Positions 11,090-24,524 of a stretch of 64,000 nucleotides of DNA are shown piece by piece. Both the position numbers and the translations under genes were made by a program. Each line of letters starts with the position of its first letter. Positions within the stretch are counted from its first letter, which is position 1. Under the pieces are notes generated by a model. It was not told where the DNA came from and did no database searches. It worked only from the letters and a program-made list of their open reading frames with translations. Source of the stretch: Octopus vulgaris (lineage: Eukaryota); NCBI GenBank assembly GCA_951406725.2, contig OX597824.1, positions 51,646,001-51,710,000 on the forward strand, written 5' to 3'.

Positions 11090-11350
11090 TAGTCACCTGT
11101 ATAAGTTATATATTGTATCACATCTATCTTAGAAACAAATCCATGTCTTACAAACTCCACTGGAAAAATCCTTTCTAGATCCTATTACAGAAAAATTCAA
11201 AACCATTTCCATTTATGTTTGAAAGAATGCAGAAAGCTTGGAAATCTTATTCTCCAAGTGCATCTTCCTTCTAAGCAAAGCCACTGAATTGACTCCTTCA
11301 TGCATTCACACAACCTATAAGATATACTGGCTTCATTAACCAATAAACCT
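11090..11350 (+). mobile_element. Possible highly decayed PLE GIY-YIG 3' remnant
   Basis: Traces of Y.L.WKI.....Y......LCL.E; weak. Confidence 0.3.
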
Positions 11351-11669
11351 CCTGCACCTTTTCTCCACCTTTATTTCCTCTTTTCACACCCACTTCCCCA
11401 CCCACCACATACTGTCTGTTTAGATTTCCTTCCTTCCATCCACCCCCTTTCTTCCAACCATTTCCCTTTCTTCTGCCTACACTCTTCATTACTTTTTTCT
11501 TTACACCGTTCCTTTACAGTGATCCCACAGGTATCTTGCAGCTTCTTACTCATATTACCTATTATTCATGCTCCCACTATCATCCATGGTCACATGAATA
11601 TGGAACATACCTTTGGGCAAACCTTACACTCACATCCTCACTTGATCACTTATTACAATTTATTTTCAT

Positions 11670-12850
11670 TTCACCACTACCATCACCATCATCATCATCA
11701 TTCTTTTAATTCAGGTTTTGTTGGAACTCCTGGAGTCTTGCACGAGAAGCTGTCTGTTCGCTTTAACTATTTAATACTTTCTTGATGATTCTAACCATAT
11801 CAAGAAGGCAAACTTTTTGCAACATCTCTACTGGGCACTCTGTTCCCATTTCCTTTATATTCCTCTTAATACCTTCTTATACTGTCCCCAAGGACCCAAC
11901 AATAATTGGCACTATCTTCACCTTTTCATTTGCCACAGTCAATCTATCTCGTATTTAAGAGGGTTGTACATGTCTCTTCTCTTGGCTTCCATCATAACTA
12001 TTCATAGGTTGAAGTGGCATGCAACATCAATTATAGAGCCCATATAGTTCATCTTGTGTACTGCCACTTGGTCCGGTTTGTTGTGCTCAAACACCTGTCC
12101 ATTTGGATTGGGAAATCCCACAGGACTTTGCAGGTCTTTGACCCAGTCACTCTATTTAGTTTGTGCTCATACCATGTCTTATCTCTCTCTAACCTCCACT
12201 TTTCACACAGTTTCTAATGCAGCACTTGCACTACCTCATCATGTCACCAAACCTCTTAACAGTTTTGGACAAGTTAAAGGCTTTCATTCACAATATGAAT
12301 GACGATTTTGTCAAATCCATTATAAATTCAGTACAATGGAGACACTTGCTAATTTCTGAGGTTGATCCCCCAATTTGTGGCCAAAGCTCAGTCTTGTGTT
12401 GCGTGTATAATGCTCTCAGTCTCATTTTTAAGTGTTCCTTTCTTCAAGCAACTTCAGTTGTGGCTACATGGAATTGATTGTGTAGTTCCTTGTTGGATAG
12501 TGCTTCTTCATGTCTTTCTTGTGTCTTCTTTTGTTCTTTTCTTTTTACCTGCTTTCAATATGCCCTCGTCTCTCACTGCAACTAACAAAGTTTTCTCATT
12601 TTGTGTTAGATATCTCAGCAAGTTCCCTTGTTCAATATGCACGCAATCTTCCACACTTATCAGTGTCTTTCTCCCATCTTCTCTCTTCATGCATAGGCAA
12701 TCAGTGTCTGCACATGGATGATGGGCTCCAAGCATTCTTAGGAACATTTCTCTACACCTTACAGTGCTGTTCAAATACAACCTACCTTTCTCAAGCAATG
12801 TCCATTTGATCGCAACATTGCAGCCCTTTTCTTCAATGGGCAGTGGGGAG
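11670..12850 (-). mobile_element. Degenerate R4/Dong-like (RLE endonuclease) non-LTR retrotransposon, 3' fragment
   Basis: Minus-strand remnants HP.AD.D.L...R.DG...LISVEDCV..E...L..Y, KVLWDFPIQ.D, KIVPIIVGSLGTV and LQKVCLL...RIIKKVL; (GAT)n-like tail near 11670-11700. Confidence 0.72.
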
Positions 12851-13559
12851 AGGTGCAAAGAAAGAGAGGTAAAGGGAGTGAAAGAAGTTATATAAGAAAA
12901 ATGCATACATACTTTGTTTTCTGCCTCATTTAAGCACCCCCTTTATTTGATTATTTCCAACCTTCCCTATTAAAAGTCACACTCCTTTCTTTCTTTGTGT
13001 CTGCACCCTTCTGCTACAACAGTTTATTTATTTAGTCCTTTATTTGATTACTCTTGTTATTAAATTAATTGTTAAGTCACTCTTTGTCTATGCTTTCTGA
13101 ACTCCAAAGTGCTTTTTTTACCCAGATTTTCCTCTGGCAGCAGAAATTTTAACCATTTTGCTTCCTAAAAGCACAAAATTCACTCCTTTATAAGTTTTAT
13201 ATTATTTTCGTCAGTGGATTTATTCAACAGATTCTGTTTATTTTGGAATGTGACAAACTTTTGTTAGTTTTAAATGTTTTGATTAATTTACCAATTGATT
13301 CTCACTGCATTATTTAAAATCATTGTATTGTTCTAAAACTTTACTTCTATCTACTGATTGGTTATGTGTAACTTGGAGTAATGGTTTATGAAGTTTGCAA
13401 TCTTCAGTAAAACCCTCTCTTTTTCTATCTGTCATCTTCATCCATCTGTCTAACTATCCATCCATCCATCTCTCTCTTTCTCTCTATTTGTCTGTCTATG
13501 TGTTATGCCTTCTCCCTCTCTATAAAGGTATAATTATGTTTTTGACGTGTCTATGTGTT

Positions 13560-13599
<40 letters not shown>

Positions 13600-13624
13600 A
13601 AACAAATAATTGGCTACCTTACAG

Positions 13625-13880
13625 GCCCCCGTGCTGGTGGCACGTAAAAAGCACTATCTGAACATGATTGATGCCAGACCCGCCTGACTGACTCCTGTGC
13701 CAGTGGCATGTAAAAAGCACCCACTACACACTCGGAGTGGTTGGCATTAGGAAGGGCATCCAGCTGTAGAAGCATTGCCAGATCAGATTGGAGCCTGGTG
13801 CAGCTGCTGGCTCTCCAGACCTCAGTCAAACTGTCCAACCCATGCCAGCATGGAAAATGGACGTTACACATTGATGATGG
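13625..13880 (+). mobile_element. RTE 3'-UTR-only short copy
   Basis: High similarity to 2690-2990, including GAT tail. Confidence 0.8.
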
Positions 13881-14761
13881 TAGAGACAGAAAATAGAATA
13901 TATTAGAAACTTCATTGCTCACAGCAATCATTTCAATCCATCTTGTATCCATCCCTCACGAGTAGGATATTGTACTAGTGGTTGTGGTGCATCTCTCGGT
14001 GTAGAAGTATCTTGTCAGGTGATGTCATAAGGGATGTCTCATTTAAGAAACCCTGTTTTGCACAGGTCTAATACATTTCTGCCCAACTGGTTAATGGCCT
14101 TGTAAGCAATAACGTTTCTTGTATATTCCATTTTCCATCTCTGACACTTGTTATATACTCAACGAAAACTGAGAAATTCCTGAGGTATATATACCTAAGT
14201 GTACCTAGGTATATATTTATACCTGATGATGATATGCTTATATAAATATATAAACATAAGCATGATATTAATGATAATAATAAGTGGGTGTGAACACATG
14301 AACAAAATAAGAATAAACAAAAACGAAAACAAATTACACGAACGTATATAAACAGGAGATACAAATATTACAGGCACTTCCCCCCCACACACACACTAAC
14401 TAAACATAGACATACATAGAGATTGTGCAAATGAAGACACATACAAAATGGCTGACGGTTAGTAAGGAGAGACACACAAATAAGAAGGAAGAAAGCAAAG
14501 GACCATTGATGCAGTCACAAGAGTGTGACGAAAGAACTTTGGCCGAAATAAGATTAAGATTAATGTAAAAAATAAATAACGCTGAAGCAAAGTAACACCA
14601 AATATATAGTGCGTGTGTTTTTATTGGCTAAACTGGCAAAACGACCATTCCTAAATACAACAATATCTGTTTCAACACACGATTTCACATCAAAAATCTT
14701 GCAAAACAAATATATAAACATAGCATGTATATATTTATACACATATACATATATATATTTA

Positions 14762-14965
14762 TGAGGGTGTGCTGAAAAGTTCCTGCCTTTTGGAAGGCCT
14801 GGTTTGAGGCCCAACATCTCGAATTCTTTTACAGGGCTTAGGAAAACTGAAGGGCTGCTGCAATAAGTGTGTGAATTTGAGTGGGGAATATGTTGAATAA
14901 AATCATAATTAACTGGTCCGCTAGTATTTTTTTTACCCAAATCCAGGAACTGTTCAGCACTCTCG
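14762..14965. mobile_element. Tc1/mariner-derived MITE (about 204 bp)
   Basis: TIRs TGAGGGTGTGCTGAAAAGTTCCTG / CAGGAACTGTTCAGCACTCTCG; TA on both flanks. Confidence 0.75.
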
Positions 14966-15188
14966 TACGTATGTATGTATGTATGTATGTATGTATGTAT
15001 GTATGTATGTATGTGTGTGTATGTATGTATGTATGTATGTATGTATGTATGTACGTACGTATGTACGTATAAAAGAAGCTTCCAAATAGGAAAGCCTTGA
15101 GCTTGAAAGAGCAGTAGAAAACTCAAACCACTAATTATGGATAAATTCTCGAAAGGATTGAAAATTAAAAACTTTTACCATCTAATTC

Positions 15189-15263
15189 AGTTCTTAGACC
15201 ATGGTTTCTAACTCATTCCAGTGAAAAAATATTCACTGAGGCTAGTTTTCGTCAGTAGGGAGC
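15189..15263 (-). ncRNA. Degenerate type I hammerhead motif
   Basis: Minus strand CCCTA-CTGACGA-AAACT..CAGTGAA/TTCACTG..AGTTA-GAAA-CCATGG-TC-TAAGA; palindromic stem III, weak stem I. Confidence 0.55.
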
Positions 15264-15345
15264 CTTTAGATTTCAAATATACACACAACTAGATTCGCAT
15301 GTAAACTAGTTGCCTGTATATCCTAATTTTTCAAAACAACTGCAC

Positions 15346-15387
<42 letters not shown>

Positions 15388-15459
15388 GGACATGTAGACA
15401 TGTATAAATCTATATTCATATACGAGTATTTATATACATGTAGATATATAATTGTATAC

Positions 15460-15504
<45 letters not shown>

Positions 15505-15721
15505 CTCTTTTACTCTTTTACTTGTTTCAGTCATTTGACTGTGGCCATGCTGGAGCACCACCTTTTGTCGAGCAAATCGACCCCAGGACTTATTCTTTGT
15601 AAGCCTAGTACTTACCACACAACCACTCCTACGCCTATGTATATAATTATATATTCACATGTATATAAATACTCGTATATGAACATAGATCTATACATGT
15701 TTATGTGTGTGTGTGTGTGAG

Positions 15722-15769
<48 letters not shown>

Positions 15770-15837
15770 TTGACATGTATAGATTTACCTTCATATATGT
15801 AATTTTATATAGATATGTGTATATAATTACACACACA

Positions 15838-15878
<41 letters not shown>

Positions 15879-17404
15879 GTGATATATTTCTTGTTTTGGA
15901 ATGGTTTAATTCAAAGCAGAAAATAAAGCTATAAACAATAGCCAGTAAATATTCAATTATTAAACATTAGGAAAGAAATATCTGAATTGATATTAGTTTG
16001 GAAAATGTGATGGAGCTTTCTCTATAATACTTGAACTTGTGTAAGTTGAGGTTTTCCCTCAAATGCAGGGAGCAAAGATATTTGTTGTTGAATGTTTTGA
16101 GGTAAATGTGAAAATATTACAGCAGATGATGATAAACATGACTTAATTTTTATGTATACACCACACATGCACACATATATATATGCATATATATTATGTG
16201 TGTGTGTGTGTATGTGTGAGAAAGAGAATGTAGGTGTAACTTGTATTCATCTTGTATCATATTTTCAGTTATAACTTGCTTGTTTCTATGATAGTTCCAA
16301 TGAAGGATTTTATTTCAACAGAAGCTAAACTAAGAAAACAGAGCAGTTACCATTATCTTGTTTGCCATATTTGGCTTTACTGAGATTATTTTAACAACCT
16401 GTTTAGGATTTTCAGAACTTTTTCCTGCCAAATTACTTAAAAAATACTCCCCCAGCCTCCACCCATGAGTCAGAGATTGTCAGACGTGAATCTCGTAAAA
16501 ATTATTAATTTCTCCAGAAAATAGTCCTTGTTGACATTTCTCAGTCTTTTCTTTGACTGGTAGATGATGAAAGATTTACATCTTGTTCACAGTGAATAGG
16601 ATTTTTTCTTCTTCTCTGTTTGTTTATTTTTATCCCTCCTAGACAGATGAAAACATATGGATTTTGTTTTGATGTGGGGAGGATTATAAATATCAAGTTG
16701 TTGCTTGTAATAAAATAACATAAGGACAATGGGGAAACATAGTAAGGAATATTTCATGTTTCACAATTTGTATTCAAACAACTATAGAATTACAATCCAA
16801 AGAAATAACACTTGCTTGTGGTCATCCTATCTGCTCAAAGAGACATTCTACCTCAATAAAATGTTTTACCATCATGTTTACATGGTTAAGACATATTTTC
16901 TTAAATTTAGGAATATATGATATGGCCCATAAATCCTATATTTTAGAATCGTATATCTTTGTCATGATTAGACCTGATGGAAGGGGATGTTTCATTTGAT
17001 TGGTTGCTGCCAAACAACACTAACTAGGACTATCCAACATTATCAACAATATATATATAGTTTGTAATATGTTGTTCAGTAATCTCAGTGAGCTGTGATC
17101 TGGCATCATCTATCCATTGAGCTATCTGACTGAATGCTTAGGAACAACCTATAAGTTTTTCACTTGTGATTACCTATGAAACCTCATAACCACAGTAAAT
17201 GACAAAAGAATGTCATGGAATGGAAATGAATGCAAAGCCAAAAACAATGGTAATAAGTAAGAAGTCTTCCTAAATAGATATTATGATTGAAGGGGAAGGC
17301 AGTTGAACAGACACCAGAGATAATATAACTGAGGTATATGGAATCAGAAAATGAAAAATTTGAAATGGAAATCAAATCAATGCTTGAGGTAACTAGAAAT
17401 ACAT

Positions 17405-18285
17405 TTGAAAGAAATGTTGACCATAATAACATCTCTTGTGTGTTTCCATAGTTTGCACTAACTGCATCATATGGAAATTCAACCTACACCTTTTCTGCAG
17501 ACCTCTATCAGTTTCTCTGCTTACTAAAACATTTGGTCTCTTGCTAAGTTAACTTTGAGGTCCTTTCATTCCAATTTGGCTTCCACACCTGGATTTTCTA
17601 TTCTAATTCTACTACAGATTCAGCTATAATAACGAGATCATCAGCATGAAGGAGTTTCTATAGGCAACCAGTCTTAAACTTTGTTTTGAGCTGGAGAATC
17701 ATAGTGAGAAAAAGAGAAAAGGTGACTGAGGAGAACTGAGCCATGGTAAACTCTTACTTGCTCACAAAATTCATTGTTTTATTCATTGTTAACTCTCATT
17801 TTACTCACTGTCCCTCTATATGGCTTGTGTGACTCACTCAAGCCATTCATCTGCCTCTTGCTACCTCAGAAACCAGCATATCACAGAATGAGGGACTCTG
17901 TTGAAGGTTTTCTCTAGGTTTACAAATGGTAAGTACAGCAGGTTACATTCTGCTAAAGTATTCTCTTTCATTTGTCTCACCAGGAAGAGATCATCTGTGG
18001 TACTTTACTGTGGCAAAAAACTGAACTGCATTTGATCTACTTTCACTCTCTCTCTCATTATTTGAGCTATAACTTTTTCCATAACTCCATGACCTGATTC
18101 AGCAATTTGATACTTCTGAAACTATTTCTTTCTTAGGCTGCTTCTTCTGTTGTTGGGGCATGATACTTTCCTTTACAACCTGATTGACTATCTGAGGAAC
18201 TAGGCCGTATCCTACTCACCAGATATTTTAAGCATCTCAGCAGTTATTCCTGATGTTCTAGGGGCTTTACCAGCATTTCTTGCCT
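17405..18285 (-). mobile_element. Older degenerate RTE RT fragment
   Basis: Minus strand reads GKAPRTSGITAEMLKISG; remnants of the YADD region and of C..CKLW.H, collinear with about 900-1810. Confidence 0.75.
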
Positions 18286-18377
18286 GTGTATGTATGTGTG
18301 TGTGTATGTGTATGTAAGTAAATGCATATTTCAATGTGAATGTATTTATGTATACATGTGTATGTATATGTGTGTGC

Positions 18378-18411
<34 letters not shown>

Positions 18412-18487
18412 ATATGTATGTGTGTGTGTGTGTGTGTGTATGATTGTATATATACAAATACTTTGTGTGTATGTAATTTATATATGT

Positions 18488-18669
18488 GTGCTGGTGCCAC
18501 GTAAAAAGCACCCAGGTCACTTTGTAAAGTTGATGGCATCAGAAAGGGCATCCAGCCTTAGAAACTGTGTCAAAAGAGAGAATTGGAGCCTGGTGCAGCT
18601 CTCTGGCTTGCCAGCTCCTGTCAAATCATCCAGCCCATGCCAGCATGGAAAATGGATTTTAGAAGTTGA
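18488..18669 (+). mobile_element. RTE 3'-UTR-only short copy; tail interrupted by a Helitron
   Basis: Matches 2805-2975; GAT-type tail resumes after 19040. Confidence 0.75.
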
Positions 18670-19040
18670 CTAGCAGTATCGCCCGGCGTTGCTCGGGTTT
18701 GTAAGGGAAATAACTATAAAGCATTTTTAGAGAGTTATAGCCAAAAAATGGGAAAAAAATGATGGTAAATTTTTTTTTAGTTAAAAAGGTCGAGTTGCGT
18801 CCCCTAGACAGTCTGTGGTTTGTGTTTCTAATTCTCGACCCCATGTCGAATTTATCGATTTTTTTCAGAACTGGGGGAACTTTTCAAAATTTTCTCTGCG
18901 TTAGTTTTGAATTATGACATTGGGCTATGTGTGTGTCAAGTTTCATCAGAATCGGTTGAAAGCCGTGGTCAGGGTGAGGGTACAACCTAACAGACACACA
19001 GAAACACACACAGACAAACTGCCGTTTATATATAGAGAGA
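18670..19040 (-). mobile_element. Non-autonomous Helitron
   Basis: 3' terminus (about 45 nt) identical to that of 6085-6477; TC start at 19040; A|T insertion. Confidence 0.8.
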
Positions 19041-21599
19041 TGATATGGTGACGATGTGTGTATGTGTGTGTGTATGTTTACAAGTGTATATTTATGTATG
19101 TATATGTATGTATAGGTATGTAGTTGCATATGTGTGTTTCCTCTCTTTTTCTCTGTTGTTTGTCTCAATAATTTTCTTTCTCTCTTACTTTCTCTGTGTT
19201 TATCTTCTCTCTATCTTTCCCACTCTCTCTTGTTACTTCATATGTCTACTCTTCTCTCTCTTGCTTCTCTCAATCATTCATTTCTTATTTTCTTTCTCTC
19301 TGTTCTTTGCAACTTATCTTTTTCTTTCTCATGACTCTCCTTTTCTCACTTTTCTATCCCAACTCTACTATTATTTACTCTCTTTCATACACTCTCTCTT
19401 TCACTCTCTATACCCTCCTCTCTCTCACTCTCTGTTCCCTCCTTCTCTTTCTCATTCTCTGTACCCCACTTCTCTTTCTCACTCATCAATTTGTTTTGCA
19501 TACTTGTCAATTATTCTGCCCAAAATTTCATGCAATAGGAGGAAAGGGGTGGGAAGATCAGAACTATAAAGGAAGTCTTTGAGTTTTTGATTCATACCAA
19601 TTTAGTTGGCAGCTAATTGCCAGCTACAAAGACCCTTACCATAGCACTTTTTGTTTTTTATTACTTCATTCTTCTACTACCTTCCTTTTCCCCTCAGCAA
19701 ATAAAAAAAGAAGGAAAACATGGAATCAAGTAACTGCTGGTCATTCATTTAAACTTTGTCCCTCTCTACCCCCTACTCTCTCTCTCTCAGTATTTTGTCT
19801 CCCTTTAGATTTTTGTCATATTAATGTTGTTCTTTGCATGTTATCTAAGAGAGATGGTGGAGAGCATGTTATCTGAACTCCGTGTCTAATATAGTCACAA
19901 AATGACAAGTTGGGTGGTGTATTTTCTTTTGCTTTTACATTCTGTTTCTTTGATTCCAAAGTGGAGATAAAAATCAAAATCAGACACCTCCCACTTTTAT
20001 TTGATAGCTGTTTTTATTATTATTTTGTATTTCTAACTGATTTTTCTGTCTTGTTTTCTGTGTCCCCTCTCCACTTATACACATTTTGTATTTTGTATTT
20101 TCGTGCATTTGCTTCAACCCACAACTCAGGTATTAAAATAAGGGCCATTAAAAAACTCCAGGAATGTGAGCAAACATCAATATACACATGCATGCGCGTA
20201 TATACACACACACACACACACACACAATAAACATTCACACACACACACATATCTTTAGACTTGTGTATTTATAGACACACACATGCATATGCATACATAA
20301 ACATACTGAAATTGTATTTGTGTGTGTATATTTTGAATATTTGAGTTTTAGTCAGTGTACTGTGTTCATAATGATGCACCTCCTCTGTGTGTGTATGTGT
20401 GTGTGTTTGTATTGTCATCATTGTCATTTTAATTTTAATGAAATTCATTCTGGTAGATTTTCTATAGTTAGATGCCTTCACCTGTTTCTGAGCAAGGTGT
20501 TATTTCTCTATGGTTGCATGGGAGACTGGCAACAAATAACACTACTTGTGTTTATAACTGTCACATAGTCAACTCAAGACAACACACACACTCACACACA
20601 TAATAGATATATGCATGCATGTATGTGTGTCTATTTGCAATGGGGTTCTTTCAGTTTCCATATACTAAATCTACTCACAAGACTTTTGTTGGCCTGGGAC
20701 TACTGGCCTAAGATGCCATGCAATGGGACTTGAACCTTAAACAATGTGGATGGGAAACAAATTTCTTAACCACACAGCTGTGTGTGTGTGTGTATACATA
20801 GACACACACACACACACATCACCAATTTCTTTGATGTTTCATTAGAAATAAATACAGGTTTTTATCATCCTTATCATGAACTTACATAATGAAAACTTAC
20901 ATTATATTAATAAAAATTCTAATCATCCTTGAGCAGTAATTGATGTGTTTTGTTTAAACTATCTAGACTCTCTGCTAATAAAGAAATGTTTTTCCCCAAA
21001 AAGCCAAATATAATATGGCTTTAGCTTGGGCATAATGCATCAATGAGATGGTGTTCGTTCTTGATAACATTGTTGTAACACCAAATAAAATTGGGCCATA
21101 TTCTCATGGGTATATACGAAGCAATACTTCATACCTTGATGACCATCATAGAATACACAGCAATTGCATACATTAGGTGAAATGTGCAAAGCTCTTGCTT
21201 AAATTGTTGAAAGCTCAATAGGAAAATAACAGTCCCTGAAAATAGTGAGAACAACTCTCATATTGATAACAGTTGTAGTAAGGAGTTGTAGTAACGAGAA
21301 CAACTGTCATATTCATGATGAATACAGTCCAAACAGCTTCAAGACTTATATTGAAAACTCTGATAACTTGAAAACACCTTTATCTTGTAAGAGAAGTAAG
21401 ACTAAATATGAATATGGCCAATTTCATGATGATCATAATTACCACACTTTCTATGGTAATAGTAGAACATATAATTCCTAATTTAGATATACCACTCACT
21501 GCAACAGTAACAATTGGTAAACTGAGAAATTAGCATACAATGACACATCTAATCTAGCTGGCAATATAGCCACTCTCAGCAATGTGTGTATGTGCGTAA

Positions 21600-22800
21600 G
21601 TGAAAGGTGTGAATGCTTGTGGAAGGAGTGGTTGAAAGGGAGTAGGTGTATATGGAAGCTGTGTTAGTGTGTATAGATGTGCTGGTGGTAAAGAGTGAGA
21701 TGTGTGAGTGGAGTAAAGTATGAAGTGCAGGGTGCTGCATGGTAAAAAGGGAAGAGAGGGCAAGATAGAGGAAGAGGTGTGTAGTTCTGGAGCAGGTAGA
21801 ACATGCAATTTAGTAAAAAATGAGATGATGAATTTAGACCAAATAGTATGTAAGTTTTGAGAGAGAAGATGAGCTCCTGGTCTCCCAAGAGGTGAGTAAT
21901 AGGGGACCCAGTGCTGGAGGCCAGGCTGAAGACAGTGGTGTTGGGTGGAGTTGTTGGCTGTGAGAAATTTTGAGAGATAGGCAGCCTCATTGCCAAGTTT
22001 GATGTCCTTAAGATGCTTCCTGAATCTGTCAAGCAGTCAGTAACTAGTTTGCCTGATGTTGATCAAATTGCAGGGAGAACCCTGGATGGCATATATGAGG
22101 TTGTTGGAGGTGCAGCAGAAAGAGTCTTTAATGTGGAAAGTATGATGGTTGAGTCCAGTGAAGATGGATGGTGTTGAAAAGGAAAAAGGAAAGTGTGGCT
22201 GTGGGGATAGCGTCAGGAAAAGAATCTGAGAGAGGGATGGAGTATGGGGAGGGGGGAGCTATGGTCAAGGAGGCTGTGTAGGTTACAGGTGTGCTTGAAG
22301 GAAGGAATGGGTAGTGGAGGGAAGAAACCAGACAGTCAGTTTATAGGCAATGGGAGAGGTGGTGCATTGTTAGGATTAGATGATAGGTGAGAGGAAAGGA
22401 GATATGATGGGTTGGGTTCTAAATGTAAACTGTAAGGACTGAAGTGCAATCAGTGTCACAATCATAGAAAATGGATACTTGGTGGGTAAATGCATTGAAT
22501 GAATAGACTGGTCCTGTCTTAAAGCTTCCTTTCAACGTCATTTATGGTTATGGTTGCAAAACTAATGGGGACAGAGGAACTGGGTTTAGGGGATGGCATA
22601 GCTGGGATGTGAGGAGGAAAAGTCAAGGGTGGAGTGAGAGTTGATGGGTTTGTGGAAAACAAGTGGAGAGGGTGAGGGTAGGAGGCTGATAAAGAGAGCA
22701 ATGTCAACAAAATTGAAGGAGGTATCTGAGATGGAGGATGTGCATTGGAAATGTATTTTGTTGTTACAGAAGTGTACAAATCTGTTGTATTTGGTAGCAT
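21600..22800 (-). mobile_element. Degenerate Penelope-like element (RT thumb + GIY-YIG)
   Basis: Minus-strand remnants 'SISDTSFNFVDI...HKPINSHSTLDFSSSHP...IP' and 'FCCTSNNLIYAI...C...I.QT....DRF.KHL.DI'. Confidence 0.72.
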
Positions 22801-22816
22801 TGCATGTCAAAATATT

Positions 22817-23267
22817 GGTTTTAAACTTTGGCACAAGGCCAGAAATTTCAGGGAAGGAGATACATCAATTACATCAACCCCAGTGTTTAACTGGTACTTT
22901 ATATTAACAACTTCGGAAGGATGGAAGGCAAAATTGATCCTGGTGGAATTTAAACTTAGAATGTAAAGACAGACAAAATGCTGCTAAGCACATTTTGCCC
23001 AACACGCTAATGATTTTGCCAGTTCACCACCTTACTGCATGTCAAAATATTGGTCTCATATTTTGGCACAAGGCCAGCAAGTTCAGAGGAGGGGATAACT
23101 TGATTACATTGACCCCAGTGTTCAGCTGGTACTTAGTTTATCAACTCTGAATGGATAAAGAGTGAAGTTGGCCTCAGTGGAATCTGAACCCAGAAAGTAA
23201 AGATGGACGAAATGCTGCTAAGCATTTTAACCAGCATGCTTATGACTCTGCCAGCTCACTGCCTTAT
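22817..23267 (-). mobile_element. Two head-to-tail SINE family B copies
   Basis: 22817-23035 and 23052-23267, separated and flanked by TGCATGTCAAAATATT three times. Confidence 0.82.
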
Positions 23268-24142
23268 TGCATGTCAAAATATTAAAAAACAAATGAGTTG
23301 TTATTCAACATAGCCCTATCCTGAAAACAAGCAGGCTTAAAATTAACAGAAATCCATCCATGACCATCTCCCTCTTTTAATTAGAGACAGAATATATAGA
23401 ATTACATTGTCCTATATGTCCTTTCTTTTTAAGATGGTATGGTAGCATTTGGGGGGAAAATACAGCTGCTATTTCTCCAGGTGTGGATCTGTGTAGTTAT
23501 GTGTTTCCCTGCAAATCTATAGTGAAATCAGCCTGCAATGTTACTTAGTAACCCAGTGATTTTTCACCACTACCATTACTAATAACCACACCAACAAAAT
23601 AAGTAACCAACCATCCACATCAACTACCCCTCCTCTGAAACCATCTACCGCAGTTTCTCCATCCCACCCACTGCAGACTGTTTTGAAATACAACTCGGTG
23701 TTAAATGAACTTGGCTGTTGTCAAAACATAAATTTCACTTTCCTCTCTTTCTCTCTCTCCTGCCTTCCCTCTCTCTTTCTCTTTGTCTCCCCCTCCCTCT
23801 CTTTATTGTACTCAAAAGTTTTTCTAAACTCAAATAAACGTCCCCATGAAGACGTTAGGTGGTGGTGGTGGTGGAACAAGAATGTAACGAAAATAGCAAA
23901 GACATTATAGTGTGTGTGTGTGTGAATGACTGCCTAAGGACTACAACATAAAAGGGATAAGATGAAGATTGGATATGGTAGTCAAATAGATTACATTCAG
24001 ATTTTACACACCCACATATATATAGACAAACGCAAGCACGTATACACGCACACACACACACCATAAAGAAAGGTGATCTAGGAATATGAGCTTATATACC
24101 TTGATCACTCCCTTATGTGTGTACATACATATGTATATATGT

Positions 24143-24306
24143 CTTGCTTCAGTCATTTGAATGCAGTCATACTGGAGCACATCTTTGAATGGTATTTTAG
24201 TTGAGCAAATTGATCCCTGCACATATTTTTGAACCACTAAGTTATGAGAATGTCAACACACCAATGCCAGTTGTCAAGAAGTGGTGAGGGACAATCAGAC
24301 ACACAG

Positions 24307-24338
<32 letters not shown>

Positions 24339-24482
24339 ACAAGGGCTTTTTCAGTTTGTCTATCAAATCCACTCAAAAGGGGCTTTGGTTTACCTAAGGC
24401 TATAGTAGAGGACACTTACCCAAGTTGCCATGCAGTGGTACTGAACTTGGAACCATGTGATTGGGTAGCAAGTTTCTTACCA
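24143..24482 (-). mobile_element. SINE family A
   Basis: Same motifs on the minus strand. Confidence 0.78.
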
Positions 24483-24490
24483 AACATATA

Positions 24491-24524
<34 letters not shown>

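Noticed and set aside
14215-14280. CTGATGA followed by hairpin ATGCTTA/TAAGCAT and GATA-TTAA-TG
   Set aside because: GAAA and H17 are both wrong and stem I is unconvincing in very AT-rich context; not called a hammerhead.
20110-20140. 'HNSGIK' resembling the vertebrate FMN2 tail HDSGIK
   Set aside because: No in-frame acceptor upstream of it; the real tail is encoded at 48203-50627; likely coincidence.
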